From positions 2,046,001 to 2,110,000 of the forward strand of contig CBFFSA010000001.1 in assembly GCA_965644495.1 (NCBI GenBank): a DNA stretch of 64,000 nt, read 5' to 3'. Below, piece by piece: positions 21,985 through 30,400 of the stretch (positions within the stretch are counted from its first letter, which is position 1; the number at the start of each line of letters is the position of its first letter). The DNA is from Perkinsela sp. CCAP 1560/9. Taxonomy: Eukaryota > Protista > Euglenozoa: Kinetoplastea. Both the position numbers and the translations under genes were made by a program. The notes beneath the pieces were generated by a model, which had not been told where the DNA came from, made no database searches, and saw only the letters and a list, made by a program, of their open reading frames with translations.

Positions 21985-22911
21985 ATGACGTCTCGATCGC
22001 AAAACCAAACATACGTTCAAGATCGAACGTTTCTCAACGCTGACCACAGCATGCGAGAGCCAACAGATACCCGAACTAGCAGTTCTAGACAGAGCACTGT
22101 AACTCCTACTAGCTCTCTTCTTTCCTCCAAACTTACCGACGCAATCCAAACCCTCGTCAACGCAACACCTGACTCTACCACAACCAGCTCCTCTGAGCAT
22201 GTCAACCGACTTTCTACCCTTATCGAAGCCCAACTGAACACCATTACCCCTGAACTCTCCATCGGACGTGGAAGCTGTGTCACAGACGCAACGAACAACG
22301 ACAATGACAACGTTGGGTTGGATTCCACCTCCTTGGCTGCTTCCTCCTTCTCCTCTACCACCCCAATTCCTGGAGTTTCCGTTCTTCCCTGGCGTGATCC
22401 GTTTGAGGGGGAGGACACCTCTGGCCCTACCCCCCATGGCGAGAGTCTTCCCTCCCACCCACGTTACGCCTACGACCCGAGCACCATGTGGCCTTCGGGC
22501 TCCGACGTCCATCTCTTCACGACTACAGGGGGAACTCGTAACACCCATCGTGTTCCCGAGCCCCTTGATAAAAGGGAGGAGGCGGGGGAACGGGAGACAA
22601 GGCACGAGGGGGGAGAAAACTCTCCCCCAGGTCGTGAGTTCTCTGTGTCTGCACGGCAGAAATCGACACAAGGTCGTACGGTGTACTCCGCACGGTCCCA
22701 TTCCCGTTCCCACCCCCGGGAGGGGGAGTATGGGCTCACGCCCGGGGAGGGGGGAGGGGGGGTAACAGCAGCCATGGAGGGGGAGAGTCCTCCCGGGGAC
22801 CTCCTTTCTACGCTGTCTAGCCCCCCAGAGGAGTTTCTTTCTCCACTTGGGGTGTCTCCGATTATGGTGCATACCGCGGAGAAAATTGCAAGGAGGGAGG
22901 GAAGGGGGTAG
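21985..22911 (+). CDS. hypothetical Ser/Thr-rich low-complexity protein
   Basis: 308-aa ORF on the coding strand after an AT-rich intergenic tract; no domain recognised. Confidence 0.55.
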   Translation: MTSRSQNQTYVQDRTFLNADHSMREPTDTRTSSSRQSTVTPTSSLLSSKLTDAIQTLVNATPDSTTTSSSEHVNRLSTLIEAQLNTITPELSIGRGSCVTDATNNDNDNVGLDSTSLAASSFSSTTPIPGVSVLPWRDPFEGEDTSGPTPHGESLPSHPRYAYDPSTMWPSGSDVHLFTTTGGTRNTHRVPEPLDKREEAGERETRHEGGENSPPGREFSVSARQKSTQGRTVYSARSHSRSHPREGEYGLTPGEGGGGVTAAMEGESPPGDLLSTLSSPPEEFLSPLGVSPIMVHTAEKIARREGRG

Positions 22912-23143
22912 GAAATTGGTGTGGGAGGGGTTTGCCCGCCCATTCGGGGAAGTTTGATAAAAGTGCACAACACATGTTTTGGTTTTTTTTAGTTTTTAAA
23001 AGAGAGTGGAAATATGTCGTTTCGTGTGTTTTCACACGGTTTGTGAACGTGTAGAAATGATTTAAGGGTTGACGTTATTCATGTATGAAACTGGCTTTAA
23101 CGGATGAGGAATTTGATATTTTTCATATCGAATACGTAAATAA

Positions 23144-25397
23144 ATGTTGCAGCGCACAATTAAACATGTGGCTCGACACATGCGAAAATTGAATTTCTCG
23201 GAGAGGCCGAATCGTCCTCGAGAGGATCGGTCTCATACGTCAAACAGAGAATTCTCTCGTTCAAAGCAAAACGCTGGCACCGGAAAGGCAAGGTCGCCCA
23301 ACAAAAACCAAGCCGATCATGAGTTCATGTCTCGTCCTCTTTCATCCACTTACCTTAAACGCGCTTCTCCTTACACCAGAACGGAGGATGGAGGAGCCAT
23401 ACGAGACATTCCACTAACCTACGAGCCGTACGAAAAGGAAAAGTACATGCGATTCGACCATCCACTGCGTCGATGTCCCTCCGAGGAGTCACGCAATGTG
23501 CCACTGGACATCGAAGAGGACAACGTTTTCTCCAACGAAAAAGCGGAGGATTTTCGTGAGCCGGACCCCCAAGTCAAGCCTCTTCAGGCGAAATCCAGTC
23601 GCCGTAAAGCCCGACAGCAACATAGCACAGAGCAACGAGACTCGGCTAAAAAACGACTACAGGACTTAGTTCAAAAACCAGCGTACGCATCCCAGGCAGT
23701 GGAGCGCAGAGCGCAATCGCAAAAGCTTGCGGAGGACGTGATGTGGCCCGGCACCGTACTCCGTGACCCCTACGGTCATGTCATTCAGCACCTCGCCACC
23801 CTCAACGGAAACCCTGGATACCGCAACCGGCGGCGTACCTTTGTAGTCACCGGGAGGAGAGTGATTGAGGATATTGCCAACCGCATGAAAATCTTTCCGG
23901 AATTACTTGTGGTGGATGCCAAGAAGCCGCTTCCGGCGATTTCAAAAAAGGAAATGAATGGGGAAATCGTGAAGGCAACGGCCCGAGCGATGAGAGCCAT
24001 AGACCCCGGCCACGATGGCTACATTGGGGAATACAATATCCCACCCTGCGCTCCAAAGGAGCTTTTGTTTGCCTCCCCTCGACAAATGACCAACTGGATA
24101 GTCCTGGATAACATTGCGGATCCCGGCACCCTTGGAAATCTACTCCGTACTGCTACTGCATTTGCTTACGATGCGGTTGTGATGACGAATCACTGTGCTG
24201 ACTTTTTCGATAACCGGACGGTACGTGCCGCCCGTGGGGTTCATTTTCAGAAACTCACCCAATTTATAGTTCTCAAAGAAGAGGATGGGGATGACACCAG
24301 TGAGTTATTCAACCAAATGCTGGAGCACCACCATGCACAGCCTTGGGTATACAGCCCCACATTTGACTCGAAAACTGCAGAATTGCTTCGTGCATCCTCT
24401 TTACCGGATGACCCAACAAAATCACACTCCCCACCTTCTTCCTCTGACATCCTGCAACCCCCCACGCGTCCTCTTCCCGTCGCCACACTCTCCGAGGTTC
24501 GTCAAACCATGGTCCAGCGCGACCTCCTTCTCTCCAACCCCAACCCCCCCTCCCCCCTGCATCACCCCCACCCCTCCCCCCTCCACCCCACCCGACACAT
24601 CCCCTGTCTCGCCTCCAGCAACGCCCTCTTCCTCGGCGACGACAAAGCCCAAACCCTCCTCCCTAAACTCTCCACCCGACTACGCACCCCACCCACACGC
24701 ATCACCCTGCTCGAGGAACCCCTCCCTTTTACTTTTACCTCTTCTTATTCTTCTACTCCTTCTTCCCCCCACCATGACCCACCCCCCCTCGAGCCCCTCC
24801 CCCTCCTCCCCGCCGCCGCCATCCTCCTCTACAACATGCGGCACACCCACAAGTGGGAACGGCTCAACCCCACCGAGGCCGCTGCCCTGTCCCCCACGAC
24901 CCCGTCGGCGGCTGAGGCCCAGCGTGCCTTCATGCCCCCCGGCCCGCTGGGGACCCCGGAGCCCAACCTCGTGGGGGGGGGTCGAGGTGCGGGGGCTGTA
25001 TGAGGGGATCCAGGCCGCGCGGGTGGGGCGGCGGCTGGGGCGGTGGGCGCGTGGGGATGAGGAGAGGTGGGAGGACGGGGAGGTGGCACGGATACGGCAG
25101 GGGGCGGTGCGGCATAGGGCGTGGATGGAGGGGGCGGTGGGGGGGGAGGGGATGCAGAGGGGGGAGGGGGGAGGAGAGGATGCAGAGGGGGGAAAGGAGG
25201 GGGAGGGGGGAGGGGATCCGTATGGGTATGAGGTTGAGGGGAAACGATCGGGTGGGGATAAGGTGGGGTATCCGGATTATGTAAAGGATACGTTGCCACG
25301 ACCGTATAGTCGGGAGGATGTACGAGAGGATGCGATGAAAAGGATGACGTACCGCAGGCCTTCGGTCTATGGGAAACTTGTGGGAAATCGGAGGTGA
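23144..25397 (+). CDS. SpoU/TrmH-family RNA methyltransferase (probable mitochondrial MRM-like), frameshift at G9 24973-24981
   Basis: RRRTFVVTGRRVI substrate-binding domain; IVLDNIADPGTLGNLLRTA..F and RTVRAARG SPOUT motifs; removing one G joins ORF 23144-25003 to the tail of ORF 24285-25397. Confidence 0.75.
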
Positions 25398-25544
25398 GGA
25401 AACTTGGTTGGGTGATTTTGTTGTTGTTTTCTTTTGCAAAATTGTGTCTTGTACAAGGTAATAGATTTTAAAACGATGCTGGTTTACTCCTATCTTCTGC
25501 AAAATTATACACGTGTTACATTTTTTTTCTTTTTTTATTAACGT

Positions 25545-26609
25545 ATGGGCGAGGTACCTCGACCTAGCCTAGAAGGACTTCTAGATGCGAAGGCTCCGAA
25601 ATGGATTTTCGTCGGAGGCAAAGGAGGGGTTGGGAAGACAACGACAAGCTGTGCGCTCTCATGCCTCCTTGCGTGGACGCCGTTGCGCAACGAGGAAAGC
25701 AAAGAGTCGAGAAAACGGCGGGTTCTCATTATTTCCACCGATCCCGCTCACAACTTAAGCGATGCTTTTGGGCAGCCCTTTTCAAAGACTCCCACGGCTG
25801 TCAAGGGGTTGGAAAATTTACACGCGATTGAAATTGACCCCAGCGCACTTACGAAAGACAAGGATTACTTTGCGGATTGGCACTCCAAGGAGAACGACTC
25901 GGTGGATTCCACCCAAGGTACTTTTCGTAATCTTTTCGGGGTTCTGCAAAATGCAGCCGCGTCGTTTCCTGGAATTGATGAGGTCACTGTTTTTGCGGAG
26001 TTAATGCGAGAAGTCCAGCAGTTGAACTACGACACAGTTGTGTTTGACACGGCGCCTACCGGACACACCCTTCGTCTATTGGCGTTGCCCCATACATTAG
26101 CCGACGCGCTAGACCGCCTGCTGGATTTGCAAGGCATGACTACATTATTAAATGCTGCTTCTCAGTTCATGGGAAATGCCACCGATATGAGCGCAGGCAC
26201 TTTTACGGAAAAGGTCCAGCACTGGCGGGGGCAAATCAAGGAGATCCAACAGCGGTTCACGAACCATGAGGAGACCACATTCGTGTGTGTTTGTATTCCG
26301 GAATTTTTGTCTGTGTACGAGACAGAGCGATTGATTCAAGAATTGGCAAAGTATGACATTGCGTGTGACCACGTGGTCGTGAACCAGCTTGTGCGAAGAC
26401 CAAAAAACGAGTCACCGTGTCGTATGTGCGATGCGCGGGTACGCATACAGAGTAAGTACTTGGAAGAAATTACGGAATTGTATGAAGATTTTCACATAGT
26501 GCAAATGCCGCTTATGTGTGATGAAGTTCGCGGAGTCGAGAGCTTAAGTCTTTTTGGCAAATACCTTCTCACTCCATACAACCCTGACCGTGACGGCTAT
26601 CTTATGTAG
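25545..26609 (+). CDS. GET3: tail-anchored protein insertion ATPase Get3/TRC40 (ArsA family)
   Basis: KWIFVGGKGGVGKTTTSC, STDPAHNLSDAF, PGIDE, FDTAPTGHTLRLL, CIPEFLS.YETERL, CxxC. Confidence 0.96.
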   Translation: MGEVPRPSLEGLLDAKAPKWIFVGGKGGVGKTTTSCALSCLLAWTPLRNEESKESRKRRVLIISTDPAHNLSDAFGQPFSKTPTAVKGLENLHAIEIDPSALTKDKDYFADWHSKENDSVDSTQGTFRNLFGVLQNAAASFPGIDEVTVFAELMREVQQLNYDTVVFDTAPTGHTLRLLALPHTLADALDRLLDLQGMTTLLNAASQFMGNATDMSAGTFTEKVQHWRGQIKEIQQRFTNHEETTFVCVCIPEFLSVYETERLIQELAKYDIACDHVVVNQLVRRPKNESPCRMCDARVRIQSKYLEEITELYEDFHIVQMPLMCDEVRGVESLSLFGKYLLTPYNPDRDGYLM

Positions 26610-26926
26610 AAGTTACTTGTGTATTAGTGTCACAATAGCGTTTTTCAGTGGAATGAACTGTCTTGGATTGTGTTTTTGCTAGCTTTCATTCTTAACTCTG
26701 GAGGCATTAAGTAAACATAAGAATTGATAGAAAATTGCTATTCCATCAACGCTAAACTTATTTCTAATTTATCACCAGAAATGTTCAACATTTATTTAAA
26801 TCTCGACCAACGAACAAAGAAATGCTTGGGAGTCATGGGGGGTGGCATCCCATGAGCATGGCCGACTTAGCTGGGATTCTACTACAGTATATTTTAGCAT
26901 TGTTTTCTTGTGCCGTTATTTTTAAA

Positions 26927-27391
26927 ATGTCTTCTTTTACATTTAGTCCGCAACTAACACTGCGATCATTCAGCCGGCGCGTGTCGGCACAACGTCTTGC
27001 TGCAGAGGACGCTCCACCGATTGTTCGCCCTGGCAAAGTACGAGCGAACTTGCCCCAAGAGTACGATCTTTCCAGATTTGTTGAGCTCATTTCTAGTCCA
27101 CATTCTTCTTGGAACGTTTCTTTGCCAGCGTGTGATTGGTATGGTGTTATTTGTGACAAGGCACGATACGTTACGGAGATGCAGTGGCGTAATTACAAAC
27201 TTCTGGGATCACTCCGTTGGGATTTTTTACCCAGAACGGTACTACATTTCAATGTGTGGGATAACAAGCTCAAAGGGACAATTCCATTCGACGCGATGCC
27301 ACCACACCTTCGTAGTCTTCGTGTACAGTGTAACCTTTTTACAGGCCAGCCGGATTTAAGTCATTTGCTACGCAAATTGATCATACTTGAT
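26927..27391 (+). pseudogene. LRR gene, 5' half (interrupted by retrotransposon)
   Basis: CDWYGVIC cap plus LRRs that end mid-repeat at SHLLRKLIILD. Confidence 0.85.
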
Positions 27392-27417
27392 AAAGATACA
27401 GTTTCTGTACCTTGTTG
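27389..27417 (+). other. genomic copy of the kinetoplastid spliced-leader exon (nt ~11-39) at the retrotransposon 5' junction
   Basis: GATAAAGATACAGTTTCTGTACCTTGTTG versus the euglenozoan SL 3' consensus ...ACAGTTTCTGTACTwTATTG; not followed by the GT of the SL intron. Confidence 0.85.
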
Positions 27418-30400
27418 ATTTGTACTAACTGTTATCCTCCCCTACTGGGGCATGGCACTTCCCCCCTCCACCTCTGCCCCCCAAGCGCAAAGCGACGTCC
27501 CTCGAGGATCTGCTGGCGCAAAATCATCGCGTAAGCACAGCTTCCACTTCACTCAGCAGCGCGCAATACCGATTAAAATCAGACACTCGACTTCCTCGCT
27601 TTGGATATACTTCTCCGATATTCACGCGGCGGCCTCCTTCCTTACTGAAAAGAAACACTTTAATACAGAAATCACAGCGGAGCTTTCCTTGGCACGCACT
27701 TTGGATACTGGAGCGAAGAGAACCGATGGTATTCTAATCGAGAAATGTACCTTACAAGAAGTGATGGACGAAGAAGCTTGTGAACACTTTGTGTTCAAAG
27801 AAACTGCGCCGCCCCACCGCATTTTTCGACACGCCAGCTGGACCGCGGCGCACGCAGACGAAGTCCTGAATCTCAGCCAACAATACTCTTGCCCTGGCAC
27901 ACTCGGTAGGGCGATTAAGAAGAAACTGGCTGGTCACGATATCCCAGGATTGGCATCCTTCGACATAACCCACGTATCGCAGAGGGAACAGACGTCCGAC
28001 GAAATCCCTTGGGAAAATCCCAAGATCTCGTATGATGAGCCACTCGCAATTCGCGCGCCGAGGCAACCGAATGATTCTCGAGGAACACGGTCGTTACGTA
28101 CGCAGCCGTGCGCGCACCGATGCCTAAACAAACTAACATGTCTCCATCCATGCTGTAAAGTGGGCATTGAATCCGAACCCATTCCCGACCCTGCCTCCGA
28201 TCCGAACGCGCTCCAGCTCGGTGAAGCAGGTTCCATGGTTGACGCTTCGCCACATTCAACAGCGTCCAGACGACCTGAGTCCACGCGTTCGCAGCCGTGC
28301 GCACACCGATGCCTAAGCAAACGAACATGTCTACATCCGTGCTGTAAAGTGGGCATTGAACCCGAGCCTATTACCGACCCTGCCTCCGATCTGAATGCTC
28401 GTCAGCTCGTTGAAGCGGCTCCTACTGCTCTAGTAGCAGTGCAGCAAACAGCCTCCAGACCTGGGTATACGCTCTCACAGCCCTGCGCGTATCGATGTCT
28501 AAACAAACTAACATGCCTTCACCCATGTTGCAAAATAGGCGGTGAATGTGATCCGGCCTCTCAAGCAGGCACGCACCGACCCACGGGAACGATTCAGAGT
28601 CCCCACACCGACTCGACACAACTACGAGATGAGCCACACCAGACTATGTACAGCACAACAAGGCGGCCATGCAAGCATGTCTGTCGGGACAAACAGAATT
28701 GCAAACATGGATGTTGCAAAGTTGGCGTGCTGGTCGATAGTTCTACACCCACCGACCCCAGTAGACCTGGAATTCCACATAATGAAACCTATGTTGCCTC
28801 CACTCGTGATCTGCACGCGCAGCACATACAGCCAACATCTGCAAGGAAAATTTCTGACACATCTACGGTACCGGAGGGGGAAGAATCCTCGCACAGACCC
28901 TGCAAACACCTGTGCCACAACAAGGAAGAATGTAAGCACAAGTGTTGTAAGGAAGGTGTCCAAAGCCCAGTTAAAGATACCCGATCGGGCTCGAGTCGCT
29001 GGAGCCTGCGCAATCTTCTTTCATGGGGCTTCACCACAGGGAGCACGCGTACCAACGAAAACACAGCCCCTGCACGCACAAGGGATGGCCATGCAACCGG
29101 ATCCGCAGCGCAACGTTACCCCGAGACGCACAGGAACATGCCACAGGACCAACAGCAAGCCGAAACGACCGCACATCACACACAGGCCCGAATAGATGTG
29201 ATTGAAGAAACCGAGACACAGGTGCAGGATACAACACAGCAGGATTTACCACATCATGACACGCAACCAAATAGTATACCGAATGTACGCACGATTCTGC
29301 AATCACAACGGATGAGAACGCGCAACGATCGTTCAGGAAGCCCAGAAACTGCGGAAGACTTGCTGAGTACCTTGCGTACGATTGAAGGAGGGCGAGTAAT
29401 GGCTAGTCTTTCTCATGAGCAATGGCAACGCGCAATCAAGAAGTCGTTCGAACGATGTGAGAAATACCTTAAACCAGCTGCAACCCCAACTGAAGTACTG
29501 CGACATGCCGATTTGTTAACTGCCTGCATAGCAGTCTCGGCTTATGAAATCGCGCGGGAGGCTGACCCAACGAAAGGATTCAAGCTACGCTCGACGACTG
29601 GCCACACCAAACGTGCTTCACGACCTCTCAGCTACGATCGCTCAGCAAAGGAACTTTCTGGACATATCCGCCAATTAAAACGTACCCTCTCTTACACACA
29701 CGGCCGCTCGGAAAGAGATCGCCTGATACGCAACATAAAAGAAGCCACGAAAGCCCGCAACCTCTACACAGAAGAAGCAAATCTCCTGCGACGTGAAAGG
29801 GAGAAAAGATGGGTGACGGACAGATTTCAACGGAACCCCTGGACGGCAGGAGGGGAATGCCTCGACAATAACGAGAAGATGCGAAAACAGCCAACGATTT
29901 TCCCGAATTGTCCACAGGCAGTTATTGAAACGTTCTTCAAGGACACACTAAGCATTGGCAACGAAACCCACACTCTACCCCCCACTGATCTTCTTGGCGC
30001 TGGAAACGAAAGCGAAATGAAGTGGGAAGATATTGACGTGCAAACCATAGCCGCGGCTATCTCCTCCAAGCGACCGTCCGCTGCACCAGGTCCTGACACC
30101 ATAAGTAACGCCTTCCTCCGACGCTGCACTGAGCTGTACCCCTTCATCGCCCAAGTATTCAACGACCTACTCAAACACCCCGTAGGTCCAACCCACTGGA
30201 AACAAGCGGTGACTCGACTCATCCACAAAGGGGGGGCTACGGATAAACTGTCGAACTGGCGCCCTATCAGCCTGACCAGCTGTCTGGGGAAGCTACTCCA
30301 CTCAATCATAGGACACAAACTTCTGAGTCACGCTGTCAGCACAGGGATCATCGACACGACCATACAAAAAGGCTTTCTCCCCAATGTCAATGGAACCATC

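Noticed and set aside
24420-25400. True long inverted repeat between the C-rich and G-rich arms
   Set aside because: The arms are complementary only in composition; no alignable reverse-complement match was seen by eye.
21979-25502. Long antisense and alternative-frame ORFs (e.g. 21979-22968, 24829-25299, 24930-25502; likewise 39675-40373 and 57862-58506)
   Set aside because: They are stop-poor by-products of the extreme C/G skew, overlapping real + strand genes.
27389-27417. Functional SL RNA gene
   Set aside because: It lacks SL nt 1-10, the GT donor, the intron/Sm site and a T-tract terminator.
27423-27429. TACTAAC branch-point consensus in the retroelement 5' UTR
   Set aside because: There is no AG between it and the ATG, and kinetoplastid branch points do not follow this consensus; likely coincidental.
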